A stretch of 43,722 bases of DNA from a virus. Every line of letters begins with the position of its first letter. Positions within the stretch are counted from its first letter, which is position 1. Shown here in pieces: positions 33,148 to 43,233 of the stretch. The DNA lies in IMG/VR virus record IMGVR_UViG_3300045988_028128, positions 1 through 43,722 of that record; one strand, given 5' to 3'. Below the pieces are notes generated by a model, which did not search any database, was not told the DNA's origin, and saw only the letters and a program-made list of their open reading frames with translations. Made by a program: the position numbers and the translations under genes.

Positions 33148-33605
33148 TGTTTTTGTCCTCCTTTTTTTTCGTCCGGTATGTCCTCAATACAATTTTCGAC
33201 CTCCGGGCGGTTAAACAATTTAAAAATATTAATTCGTTTTTTAATTCCCTTGTACTCAAAGTAATTATTAAAACAACTTGAAATTTCGACCCCGTAAACA
33301 ATTAAGAGAAACAACGCCGACAATATCGGGATACCCAATATTTCGCCGTATGCTTGACCGAATAACCCCGCCAAAGTTATCCAACAAACATAGTCAACCA
33401 ATTTGTTTATTGCCCGCCTCCATTTTCGGGACGTTCGGATTGTTTCGCCACGCTTACGGGCGGCAGCTATGCCAAACCGACTATCCACAACAATAAGAAC
33501 GATTGCCAAAAGCAAAAACGGGGTCAATTTGTTGTAAAACTCTAATAACGGGACGACCATTGCGACGGTCGCTCCGTTAATAATGTTGCGTTCCTGTAAA
33601 ATCAT
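33144..33605 (-). CDS. holin (putative)
   Basis: 153 aa with three or four TM segments and a charged C-terminus. It lies directly upstream of the endolysin with a 4-nt overlap. Confidence 0.6.
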   Translation of the reverse strand: MILQERNIINGATVAMVVPLLEFYNKLTPFLLLAIVLIVVDSRFGIAAARKRGETIRTSRKWRRAINKLVDYVCWITLAGLFGQAYGEILGIPILSALFLLIVYGVEISSCFNNYFEYKGIKKRINIFKLFNRPEVENCIEDIPDEKKGGQKQ

Positions 33606-36250
33606 TGTGCGTTATTTTTAGGGTAATATACATTCAGAAAATTACGCTTTAAAAACTCGGCTTGTACAAACCGACCTTTTGCGTTTATGTTATTACCTAA
33701 TCGCACATGAACTGAATCGACGGTATATTTGTACGGGGCGGTGTCCTCAAATTGCGAATAAAACCCGCCATGCTCCAAACAGTTGATAACCGGGATACCC
33801 AAACGACCGAATGTTGCCAACATAGGTTGCAAGAATGTTGCAACGAAATTGGCAGTTACGGCGTTTGAGGCTTGGAACGGAATTAACCCAATAAATACCC
33901 CGTCGGGATATGTACGCATAAGCGTTTCAATACACCAACGCATACTGCCAATTAACGTATTTATGCCAAATGCCGTGTCCGTACTGTTACGGATTTCATC
34001 CAATGTTTTTGTAAACACGGTTGCCAAATCCCCAATAGGCGGGTTTGAATTTGCTTCGTTGATCCCGGAATTGAACATAAATATATCGGGTATAAACGTT
34101 GGGTCGGTATTTATCTTATATTCAACCTCCGTTACCATGCTGTTTGGTTGTCCCAATACCTCCTCGGCAATTCCACTTGCACCACTCCAAACGTTATTGC
34201 CGGGAACAATTGGATACGTTGCGCCCGCAATACCGTATATTTTGTAATCCATGCCGAAATAATCGCATAAGTCTTGGAACCAAATACCGTAATGTTGGGT
34301 TGTATTTGACGAACCAAATACGGCGGCTTTCTTACCCTCCAAATTGATATTCTGAACGTCGACTTTTTCGGCAATCTGTTTTACTAATTCGGTATCCTGT
34401 GCCGGGTTGTAAACCTCGTTTCCGAAATACATTAACGTTGGGGTTCCTACAACTTCAATGCTGATTGTATCGGCGTTATCCGTCATACCGGGGCGGCGGG
34501 TAACAATAACCGCATATCGGGCGTTTGCCGGAACTTGCGCCGAAAATTCGTTTGCATATTGCGTATAACTGCCAACTACAACGCCAACACTTTGTTTGGT
34601 ATCGTAAAATGCAATTGCGCACGATACCAATTTGCCGTTACCTTTCATTGTAATTAATTGCTTTCCGGCAACGGGGATATAATCCGTAACGTCCCGTTGG
34701 GGGTCGGGATTATACGAACCATTTACAGGCAGTTGCCTGTTAGGAATGATTGCAACGGCGGTTCCCACGGGTGTTGCTTCAATCTTAAACGTTGCTTCGT
34801 TTGACGGAAAACCGTGGCGGCGGGTAACGGCGACGAAATAATTTTGTCCGGGGGCGGGTTCATATACGAACTCCGGTACATAATTATCATACGCTCCAAC
34901 CGTTGTGCCTGTGGTCATTTTTGCAGGGTATGCCTCTACCGCACCAATAACGTTACCGCCGGGGGCTGTCATTTTAAAAGACTTGACGCCCTCGGTTGGT
35001 ATAAAATCCGTTCTATCCATTTCGGTATCGGGTATTATAGCCGTTCCGGGCGGTTGCTGATTGGGTACAATTGTAAACGACACATTGTAGGGCGTCAATT
35101 GTTGTGCTGTTTTGAAAACTTCATACGTTGACCCGTTTATTGTCCCGGTAATTTCAACGTCATACGTTGCCGCATTTTCATTGGGTATTGTTACGGTTCG
35201 ACGCAATAGAAATATCGCATACGTCGCACCCCGTCCGGTCAAATCGCACGTAAATTCAGTTTCCGCACCATCCGGGTTTCCAACCATACCGATATATGAA
35301 AAGTCGCTACGATACAAGCAAATAACAGGCGGTATTTTTTTCCCGTTCTTTGTTTTTATCGTAATGGTTGATAATTGGGTTACATTGATATAATCCGTAT
35401 TATCACGGGTAAAATCTCCAATTGGGATACTTTCGCCGTTTAAAATCATCGGCAATTGCTGATTAGTTGCCAATCGGAATGGGATTTTAACCCGTGCCAA
35501 TCCAACCGTATTGGCAATGTTATGTTCCATTGCGGGGCTTGCGTATTGGCTAATACCGTATTCCATTGGAACCAATCGACGACAAAACGTTGCAATTTCG
35601 GCATACTGTTTTCCCAAAACAATACGACCGTATGCCGCCGTTGTGTTAGTTATTTGAAATATTGCGGGCGGCTCCAATTCGCCTGTTGTTACGGGCAAAC
35701 GGGGCACTTGACCGATATACGATTTGGCGGCGGTATATATGCGCAATTGTCCCGCTCCGGGCGCACACGCATACGTGCCGGGGCGTATCGGGAAATAATC
35801 CGACGTATCCAAATTAGGGTCTGCAACGGTGTTTCCGCTTGCATCAATTGTTGTATTCAACAATCGGGTTGCGGGGTCGTACAAATTCCAATTGTACCCG
35901 AATTGGCTTAACGCCTGTACTTTGTCGAATTGCCCGGCGGTTGGAATATCCAATACCAATTTCGCCCAACCGGACGCCGTGTTATATATCAACGTCAATT
36001 TTTTGCCGTCAACATTCAGATTGTTAAACCCTGTGTATGTGCCGCCCTCGGTTGCAAGGTAATACACATTGCCGTCAACGTCGCCGGGGTTGGTTGCTTT
36101 GGTTGCAATCCCGCCATATTGGGCGTTTGTTCCCAAATTCGTAACCATTGTATCCAACACGTTTTGCAGGATTGCCCCGGTTATCGCCCGGTTGCCGTTT
36201 GTTTTAATGACTGCGTTTATTGCCGCAATCAAATTTGACCAATTCGCCAT
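33602..36250 (-). CDS. tail fibre / receptor-binding protein with tandem binding modules and a C-terminal SGNH (GDSL-like) esterase domain
   Basis: 882 aa. Three homologous ~105-aa modules lie at aa ~255-368, 389-493 and 497-602 (nt ~34445..35488). The C-terminal region has SGNH-type blocks: AAVFGSSNT (block I), IYGIAGATY (II), FNSGINEA (III) and VDSVHV (V), at nt ~33671..34339. Confidence 0.7.
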   Translation of the reverse strand: MANWSNLIAAINAVIKTNGNRAITGAILQNVLDTMVTNLGTNAQYGGIATKATNPGDVDGNVYYLATEGGTYTGFNNLNVDGKKLTLIYNTASGWAKLVLDIPTAGQFDKVQALSQFGYNWNLYDPATRLLNTTIDASGNTVADPNLDTSDYFPIRPGTYACAPGAGQLRIYTAAKSYIGQVPRLPVTTGELEPPAIFQITNTTAAYGRIVLGKQYAEIATFCRRLVPMEYGISQYASPAMEHNIANTVGLARVKIPFRLATNQQLPMILNGESIPIGDFTRDNTDYINVTQLSTITIKTKNGKKIPPVICLYRSDFSYIGMVGNPDGAETEFTCDLTGRGATYAIFLLRRTVTIPNENAATYDVEITGTINGSTYEVFKTAQQLTPYNVSFTIVPNQQPPGTAIIPDTEMDRTDFIPTEGVKSFKMTAPGGNVIGAVEAYPAKMTTGTTVGAYDNYVPEFVYEPAPGQNYFVAVTRRHGFPSNEATFKIEATPVGTAVAIIPNRQLPVNGSYNPDPQRDVTDYIPVAGKQLITMKGNGKLVSCAIAFYDTKQSVGVVVGSYTQYANEFSAQVPANARYAVIVTRRPGMTDNADTISIEVVGTPTLMYFGNEVYNPAQDTELVKQIAEKVDVQNINLEGKKAAVFGSSNTTQHYGIWFQDLCDYFGMDYKIYGIAGATYPIVPGNNVWSGASGIAEEVLGQPNSMVTEVEYKINTDPTFIPDIFMFNSGINEANSNPPIGDLATVFTKTLDEIRNSTDTAFGINTLIGSMRWCIETLMRTYPDGVFIGLIPFQASNAVTANFVATFLQPMLATFGRLGIPVINCLEHGGFYSQFEDTAPYKYTVDSVHVRLGNNINAKGRFVQAEFLKRNFLNVYYPKNNAQ

Positions 36251-36254
36251 AATA

Positions 36255-37124
36255 TTAATTGTTAAAATCGTTATTAAAGTCGTCGTTAAAATCGCCTAAA
36301 TTGGTCGGCACGACACCCCGCCCAATCTTTTTAATTACTGTGTCGCATTCAAATTCTGCCTCAACCGACGCCAAATTGCCCTGCGTTTGCCATTTTACCG
36401 TAATCAAAAACGTATCGCAATTATAGGTTTGCCCGTTAGCGGTTATCTGTACATAATCCGCCATTCGGATAACTCGCATTGCGTCGCAAAGGTATTCCGG
36501 CGCAAGGAATTGGAAACGGTAACGTTTTTCGCTCAACTGCTTTTCGGGAAAGAAAAAACCGTCCCTATCTTCGCCCTCCTCCTCAAAAATGTATTCCGGC
36601 TTTCCTAACTCGGCGCGAAGATACAATACATTTTTAAACGGCACTTGGTAATCAATCGCCCCGTTTTCAAACGTCATGTTATCGGCGTCCCACCATTCAA
36701 TTTTCATGTAGTTTTCGACGCCGTAAGCAACTGTAAATACGTCCGACACGGAACGATTTACCCCGTCGTGAAAACCCAAATAAAATTGCCCCTGCTCCAT
36801 GTTCTTTGGGAATGGCAATATACCGGGATAACTTATAACGTCATAACCCAAAGAGGCAAAGCGATTGACCCGTAAACCGCCCTGCAATAATGTTTGGGTA
36901 ACGTCCAACACAACGTCCCCAATCAACCCCGTTTTATTGACCCGCCGGATTATTGCCGTTGGGTTCCATACCGCCGACGTTGGGCGGACAATCTGAAACG
37001 GCGGCAACTTGTTTGGTGGTGTAAATAACGGGTATATGTCCCCGTATGCGTAAGACTTGCGGAAGTCTTGGTATTTTTCGTCCGGGTAAAACGGCAATAC
37101 CGACAAATTGTTATTCGGTGTCAT
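36255..37124 (-). CDS. tail/baseplate protein, unknown role
   Basis: 289-aa ORF between two large tail genes. The C-terminus ends in the repeat GDFNDDFNNDFNN. Confidence 0.5.
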   Translation of the reverse strand: MTPNNNLSVLPFYPDEKYQDFRKSYAYGDIYPLFTPPNKLPPFQIVRPTSAVWNPTAIIRRVNKTGLIGDVVLDVTQTLLQGGLRVNRFASLGYDVISYPGILPFPKNMEQGQFYLGFHDGVNRSVSDVFTVAYGVENYMKIEWWDADNMTFENGAIDYQVPFKNVLYLRAELGKPEYIFEEEGEDRDGFFFPEKQLSEKRYRFQFLAPEYLCDAMRVIRMADYVQITANGQTYNCDTFLITVKWQTQGNLASVEAEFECDTVIKKIGRGVVPTNLGDFNDDFNNDFNN

Positions 37125-39633
37125 ATTTCAAAGTTAGTTTGTTCATGCGGCTACACAAATTTATACTTATTTTTTCAATTTGCCCGTTTCCTAACTTAGT
37201 TTTTATAAGTTGCATCGGATCAGGGTCGTCTATACTTGGGTAATTCAACGTTTGTTTCTTTTTACGGTCTATCCCCAAAGCGCGTACTTGCGATCCATTT
37301 ATTTCAACGTTGTAAGCAGGCAAATCGTAGATGTAAAAAGTTGGTTGTAGATATCTCATTGCTAATATACCGTTTTGTAGTACTAATTTACCTGCTCCAA
37401 AACTAAAATCCAGGAAAGGCAATTCGTATGTGTTACCGTTTTTAACCGCTGCAAAAAGCGCAAACCCATCGTCCGATACGCTTCCAGGATTCAAAATCAT
37501 ATAATCTATATCGGAAGTAAAATTGGAAATATTTATTGTCTCAATTTTCCCGGCCGTTACATATTTGCTTATAACCTCTATCGGGCTTCCTTCAAAAGGT
37601 TCCGTAACATCGTCCATCCATTCAAACTGGTATCGTTCTGGCATATCAACCTTATCAAACGACCAACTGTTTTTTGCAAAACTCCAATTTTTGCCGTTAC
37701 GTATATTTTGCAATTTGGTTAAATCGACTCCAATGTTTGCCGAATTATATGAACCGCCATTGCGGAAAAACTGGATATGTTCGATTTTAAATTTGTTGTT
37801 TTCAATATACCAATAACACCGGAAACAATCCCGTAACATATTTGTAACTTGCTGTAACGTTATCGGGGCCTTTTGTGCTGGACGATCATAATCGCCATTT
37901 GTTACGTTGGTTTTCTGTGTTAGTAATAATGTAAAATTATAATTACCAAGCGGGCGATTTGCTCCATATAAAAAACGGCTGTATTCCTCGGTTCCTTCGT
38001 GCGTAATTCCTGGCGCAATTTTTTGCAGCAATACAGATATAACAGACGATATAGGATTTACGTCTCTTAACGTATAAGGAGATCGCGCATCTTCTTCCAC
38101 TAACCAATCAGCAAGATAAAACGCAAACCATATAGACGCATACCGCCACGTTGATCGGGCAATAGGATAGAATATATCGCCGGATATAGAATAAGGCGGC
38201 ATAAAATAGGTTCCATCGTCCCGCATACCCCATTGTGACGGCTCCGTGGAACTTTGATTTGATATATATGCTACATCAATCCCATATCCAACAACCCGAT
38301 GATAATTGTGATTGTTTTCTACAATATCATCGGCAGGTAACGGGTGGGTGTCTACATCTCCTACTTTTTCAACATCGCATAAATAACGAGCATATATGGA
38401 ATAAGTTGCCATTTCACAATGAGCCGAACCGGTAGCCCCTGAACCGGCAACAGCAGGGGCATCGAAATCCGCATTGTCCCAAGAAGTGCCCGAAATAGAA
38501 GCAGTATAACGATACATCACTACACCGTCTGACCTTCTCCGTATTTCCACTATTGCTGAACTAAAAAATGGTGCAACATAAACCTGTTGCACATTAATAT
38601 AATATCCGTTTGCAGTATTAGGATTCAAATCACCGGTAAATACATTATTTTGGTTCGTCATTCTACCGGAATATAATCCATTTACATTAGGATTGGTGGA
38701 ACCCGTCACATTGATCTCTTTTAATAGATTGCACAACACAAAATAATATGTATTTGTAAGTGCATTACGATCTGTTATAACGTTAGCGTCTTGCTCCCAG
38801 TACATGCCGGACAAAAAACATGAAACGACACTGTCACCCGGGATATATATTTGTATTAAGGGACGTTTTTTATAATTCAATTGTGTTATTTGCGGTGCTA
38901 ACTCGATCAAATTATATTCCTTTTCTAACCCTGCCAACACATCGTTATATTGGTCGTAAACATCCGGCTGTACAGTAACTTTTTTATCGTCCTCATTCCA
39001 CTCGCAATCCGTTTTCATAAACTTACCCGTGTAATATGGGAAAAACGATAACCCGCCGTCGTCGCTTTGCTCAATCCTGAATATAAATTCCGTATCAAAG
39101 GATTTATCGTTTATAAAATCGTAATCATCTCGAACAAAATTAATTTTTCCGGATAGTTTAGCACGATAGAATTGTTGACCGGTTTCCAATTCTAATTCCT
39201 TTGCTAAATCGTCTTTATATATAGGGTTTACTCTACGACATCCTGCTTCATCTAAAACAATCTGTTTTAAATCATCATCCGAAAAATATTGCCAACCCTC
39301 CGGTGGTGCAGATGATGAATTAGCCCAAAAATTTAAAGCGATAAAATTAGTCCCTTCCGGCGCAACACCTCGACCATCCAACGAACTACCTAACACCCCT
39401 CCTGTGGTATCAGAAGTCAAAAATAACATACGCACACCTGTTTGTTGTACCCCATCTTTATACACTATGTATTCACCTACGGAAGCCGGCAATATAATAC
39501 ATTTATAACTATTGCCTCCGGGGGGGGGAACATATATACCGTTCATCCCGTGATAAAATCCGGTCTTTATATACTCATATATATAAACCTGTTCCCTACC
39601 TGCATTTAGATAAAATCTGTATTTCGGATTCAT
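37111..39633 (-). CDS. large tail protein downstream of the tape measure (distal tail / tail-tip candidate)
   Basis: 840-aa ORF starting 5 nt after the tape-measure stop. Its composition differs visibly from the flanking genes (fewer CCG/CGG/GGG runs). Confidence 0.55.
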   Translation of the reverse strand: MNPKYRFYLNAGREQVYIYEYIKTGFYHGMNGIYVPPPGGNSYKCIILPASVGEYIVYKDGVQQTGVRMLFLTSDTTGGVLGSSLDGRGVAPEGTNFIALNFWANSSSAPPEGWQYFSDDDLKQIVLDEAGCRRVNPIYKDDLAKELELETGQQFYRAKLSGKINFVRDDYDFINDKSFDTEFIFRIEQSDDGGLSFFPYYTGKFMKTDCEWNEDDKKVTVQPDVYDQYNDVLAGLEKEYNLIELAPQITQLNYKKRPLIQIYIPGDSVVSCFLSGMYWEQDANVITDRNALTNTYYFVLCNLLKEINVTGSTNPNVNGLYSGRMTNQNNVFTGDLNPNTANGYYINVQQVYVAPFFSSAIVEIRRRSDGVVMYRYTASISGTSWDNADFDAPAVAGSGATGSAHCEMATYSIYARYLCDVEKVGDVDTHPLPADDIVENNHNYHRVVGYGIDVAYISNQSSTEPSQWGMRDDGTYFMPPYSISGDIFYPIARSTWRYASIWFAFYLADWLVEEDARSPYTLRDVNPISSVISVLLQKIAPGITHEGTEEYSRFLYGANRPLGNYNFTLLLTQKTNVTNGDYDRPAQKAPITLQQVTNMLRDCFRCYWYIENNKFKIEHIQFFRNGGSYNSANIGVDLTKLQNIRNGKNWSFAKNSWSFDKVDMPERYQFEWMDDVTEPFEGSPIEVISKYVTAGKIETINISNFTSDIDYMILNPGSVSDDGFALFAAVKNGNTYELPFLDFSFGAGKLVLQNGILAMRYLQPTFYIYDLPAYNVEINGSQVRALGIDRKKKQTLNYPSIDDPDPMQLIKTKLGNGQIEKISINLCSRMNKLTLKYDTE

Positions 39634-39637
39634 AACG

Positions 39638-42600
39638 TTAATTGATTGTTCGTTTTAAATTCTTGTAAATCATTATTGTTTTACCGTCGGCGGTTGTGTA
39701 ATACCGGACTGCGTTTTGTTCCCGGATTGCCCGAACATCGTTTTGCAAATCCCGCATATCCGGACTATTCTGCGATACGTTTATTGTAAATTCGCCGCCC
39801 TCTTTGTATGCGTTCATGTACTTGCGTTCAAATATACCCCGGTTCAATGCGTTAACAACGTCCGGGATAATACGACGGTAACGGCGCGAATTACGCTTGT
39901 TGAACACGGCGAAAAATTCCCCGCCTTCGGCACGTCTTCGGGTTCCGTTCGGCTTGGTTCCCAAATCAACGTCGTTACCGGATTGGTGCGAACCACCCCC
40001 CAACAACTCAACCGTACCGTCGCCGTAACTTTCGTTACCGCCGTTGGATTTCGTCATTTGTGCCGCTTTTATCTTGGCGGCGGCAAAGGAACCCCACATT
40101 ATCGCAATTGCGGGTATCGCCCACGGGAACCCCAATTGCGACCAAATTAAAGCCGTTGACGTTACAAGGTTCCCAATTTGTTGTATGGTCTGTATCGCCT
40201 GTTGTTGCTTTTGGGCTTTCTGTTGGTCTTTTAACGCTTTTTCTTGCGTCTTACGTGCCAAATCCAAATCCTTTTGCGCTTGTACGACACTTGACGCATA
40301 CCCATTAGCACGGGCGGCTAACTCGGCGTCCAACGCCCGTTGTGCGCTGTCAACCTCTTTGTCAGCGGCGGCAACGGCGGCATCGGCGGCGGCTAACTTG
40401 GCATCCAAAAAGGTTTGCAATTGTTCCATTGCGAACGATACGGACGTACTTATTGCCTCCTTTTGGTCGTCGTCCAAATTCAACCCAAACAATCCGTATA
40501 TATCGTTGCCCCTTTCGTCGCCCTTGCTTTGCTGTATTTCTTGGTCGATTTTGGCAATAGTGTTTTGAATGGTTTGTACTTGTTCGTCGGTCATTTTGAC
40601 GCCCGCCGTTTTGTTCAACTCCAAAATCTTTTGCAAACGTGCCTTTTCAGCCGCCAACGCAAATTGTGTTTTGCGTGCCTCGGAATTACGCAATAAATCA
40701 AACTCCGATTGCGCCAACGCTTGTTGTTGGTCGAAAAGCATTAACGCCCGTTGTTGGTTTAACTCGGTTGTTTGTTTCAATATCTCGGCATCCCATTTGG
40801 CGTTTATATCCGCCTCGGATTGGCGGACGTCGGCGGCTAACTGTCTATTTTGTGCCAACTCCAACGCCCGTTGTTTCTGCAACAATTCGGTACGCAATGC
40901 GATTTCCTCGGCGGAACCCTCCCGGACGGCATCCAACCGCAATTGTATTGCGTTTGCCTCTTTGTTGAGTTGGTCGATATTGATTTGGTCGTTGAGTTTT
41001 GCCACGTCATTTGCATATTGTTGACGGATTGCCAACAACTGTTTATTCAATTCGGCGGTTTGCTCCTCGGTCAATCCCCGTTCCGTTTCCAACCGGGTTT
41101 GTATGTCCTCAATTTGGCGTTCATACTGTACCCGCAATTGTTCCTGTTGCTTGGTCGAACCCTCAACCATTGCCGCAATTTCGGCGTCCTGTGTAGCACG
41201 CCGGGCGGAAAGGATTTGCGCCCGTTCTTGGTTTTCCAAATCGACTAAATCGTTTGTCAGTTGTTGACGCAATGCAACGATTGTGGCGTTGATTGCCGCC
41301 CGACCCCGTGCGGTCAAATTGGCATCCGTTTTCAATTGGTATTGCAAATCCGCAATTTGCCGGGCGTTGGCGGCTTGCGTCGTTGCCCGTTGACGGTCGT
41401 AACTGTTTTGGATAAGGGCGTTTTTTGCGTCCTCGGCTTTGCGCAACAAATCCAACTCGGTTTTATATGCGTCCTTTTGTTCTTGTTGACGCTTGGCGGC
41501 GGTTACGGCGTCGGCTGTATCCAAATCCGATTTCTCGGTTGTAAGGTTCACGGCAATATCAACCATGCGCCCGTAATTGTCTATTTTCGCCTGTGCAATG
41601 TTAATTGCGTCGTCAACTTTATACGTTTCAATATTGCCGTCCAACTCGACGTCCCAAACGATTTTTTTGTTTCTCTGCGCTTTTAACTCATTCAGTTTAA
41701 TAAGCGATTTGCGGTATTGCTCCAATTTCGCCCGGTTGTCGTCCAACTCTTTTATCTCGGTCGCATAAAATCCCCGTTGCTCGGCATTTGCCCGGCGACG
41801 TTCTGCAGCCAATTTGTCCTCAATCTTTCGTATCTCGGTCGTCCCGGCGTTACGGGCTTGCGCAATCTGCAATTCACGCTCCAACGCCCGGATACGCTCG
41901 TTTGATACCGTTGTTAATTTCCCGGCTTCTATATCTAAATAATCCAAATGTGCCTTTTGCAATTCATTGAGGCGGTTTTGTTGTTCGGCGGCTTGTTTCG
42001 TCCCGGACGAAAAAGCAACCAACGCACCGATAACCGTAATAAGAGCAACCGCCAACAAAACGTATGGATTGGCGGACGCAATAAGATTGAACGCCTTTTG
42101 CGCCACGGTTGCCGCCAACGTCGCCTTTGTTCCCTGCATGGTAACAAGTCGGTCGTAAACTTTTGCTTTTGTTAATGCGGCTTGTTGTATCCGGGAAATA
42201 CCCAACATAAGGGCGGATTGCTTTTGCACGGCGTTTTGTATCGCCTGTACGCCCGTTGTTAGGGCAATGGCGGCTTGCAATTTCTTTTGTGCCTCCTCGA
42301 CCGCTTCACTTTCCCCGCCGAACAATTCCAACGCCCCGGTATATGCGGCGAACCCACCGGACGCCCCCGCCGCCAATCCTAACACACTATCTAAGGTTGA
42401 CGTATCGGACGCCATGTTGGTAATTTCCTTTGTCGCATCTTTAACAGCATCACGCAATACGGCGGTTTCCTTTGCCAAATTTTGATATTCGGCGGTTCCC
42501 TGCTTACCCTCCAACCTCAACAATGCTAATTGCTTTGTTTGGTTCTCTATCTGTGTCGTCAATCCTTTTGCGGCGTCGGAATAGTTACCCACATTTAACG

Positions 42601-43123
42601 ACGTTTTCCCGGTCGCCTCCTGCAACCGTTTCATTTCGTCGTAAATCGCTTTTGTTTCTGCAACCAACTTGCGCCCCTCCTCGGTCGCCTCCCTTTCCTC
42701 AACGGTCATGTTGTTAAGGTATATTTTGTTGATTGAGTATTGCGCCGATAACTTGTTATATGAACCCTCGGCGGCTTGGTTACGGCGGACGATAAGTTTG
42801 TTTAATTCGTTCGCCTCTTTGCGGGCTTGGTTTAATGTCGCCAACGTTTTTGCGTTCTCGCTTTCCGCAAAACGTACCTCCCTTGCGGCTTTCGCCAATT
42901 TGTCGGCGTCGGACGTTGCCCCCTGTATGGACTTACGTCCGCTTTCGGTCGCCCCGCTTACTCCCTGCAATGCCGCCTTAACGGTTATTGCCTCCGATTT
43001 GATATTGTTCAACGTATTCATATACGCATCACTCAATTGGTCTAATTGGGCGATTAGCTTTGAAATACTATCGTCCGGCTTTACCAAATCCGAATATTTG
43101 ATTGGGTTGTTATTGTCTGCCAT
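39638..43123 (-). CDS. tail tape measure protein
   Basis: 1161 aa, dominated by A/Q/E/K/L/R coiled-coil sequence. It has hydrophobic segments (PYVLLAVALITVIGALVAF, FPWAIPAIAIMWGSFAAAKI). It is the longest gene and lies upstream of the tail-tip genes. Confidence 0.85.
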   Translation of the reverse strand: MADNNNPIKYSDLVKPDDSISKLIAQLDQLSDAYMNTLNNIKSEAITVKAALQGVSGATESGRKSIQGATSDADKLAKAAREVRFAESENAKTLATLNQARKEANELNKLIVRRNQAAEGSYNKLSAQYSINKIYLNNMTVEEREATEEGRKLVAETKAIYDEMKRLQEATGKTSLNVGNYSDAAKGLTTQIENQTKQLALLRLEGKQGTAEYQNLAKETAVLRDAVKDATKEITNMASDTSTLDSVLGLAAGASGGFAAYTGALELFGGESEAVEEAQKKLQAAIALTTGVQAIQNAVQKQSALMLGISRIQQAALTKAKVYDRLVTMQGTKATLAATVAQKAFNLIASANPYVLLAVALITVIGALVAFSSGTKQAAEQQNRLNELQKAHLDYLDIEAGKLTTVSNERIRALERELQIAQARNAGTTEIRKIEDKLAAERRRANAEQRGFYATEIKELDDNRAKLEQYRKSLIKLNELKAQRNKKIVWDVELDGNIETYKVDDAINIAQAKIDNYGRMVDIAVNLTTEKSDLDTADAVTAAKRQQEQKDAYKTELDLLRKAEDAKNALIQNSYDRQRATTQAANARQIADLQYQLKTDANLTARGRAAINATIVALRQQLTNDLVDLENQERAQILSARRATQDAEIAAMVEGSTKQQEQLRVQYERQIEDIQTRLETERGLTEEQTAELNKQLLAIRQQYANDVAKLNDQINIDQLNKEANAIQLRLDAVREGSAEEIALRTELLQKQRALELAQNRQLAADVRQSEADINAKWDAEILKQTTELNQQRALMLFDQQQALAQSEFDLLRNSEARKTQFALAAEKARLQKILELNKTAGVKMTDEQVQTIQNTIAKIDQEIQQSKGDERGNDIYGLFGLNLDDDQKEAISTSVSFAMEQLQTFLDAKLAAADAAVAAADKEVDSAQRALDAELAARANGYASSVVQAQKDLDLARKTQEKALKDQQKAQKQQQAIQTIQQIGNLVTSTALIWSQLGFPWAIPAIAIMWGSFAAAKIKAAQMTKSNGGNESYGDGTVELLGGGSHQSGNDVDLGTKPNGTRRRAEGGEFFAVFNKRNSRRYRRIIPDVVNALNRGIFERKYMNAYKEGGEFTINVSQNSPDMRDLQNDVRAIREQNAVRYYTTADGKTIMIYKNLKRTIN

Positions 43124-43233
43124 AACGTCGTTATATATTTCGTTGTTATTTGCGGGAAATTTGCCCGCTGTTCAATTTTAATTCCTCGGCAATACACTTT
43201 ATCCACTTGAATAAAATAACGCCGCATTTGGCT

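Noticed and set aside
34445-35488. Tandem repeats in the receptor-binding gene as a diversity-generating retroelement target
   Set aside because: There is no reverse transcriptase gene and no template repeat copy elsewhere in the genome. The repeats are diverged protein modules, not near-identical DNA repeats.
43124-43233. Possible G/GT-type programmed frameshift or an extra 48-aa ORF between the chaperone-like gene and the tape measure
   Set aside because: The only continuation is in the same frame after a TAA. I could find no slippery heptamer, and the translation (MRRYFIQVDKVYCRGIK...) overlaps the tape-measure start without support. I treat the region as non-coding with a small GCGGG/CCCGC hairpin (43152..43168).
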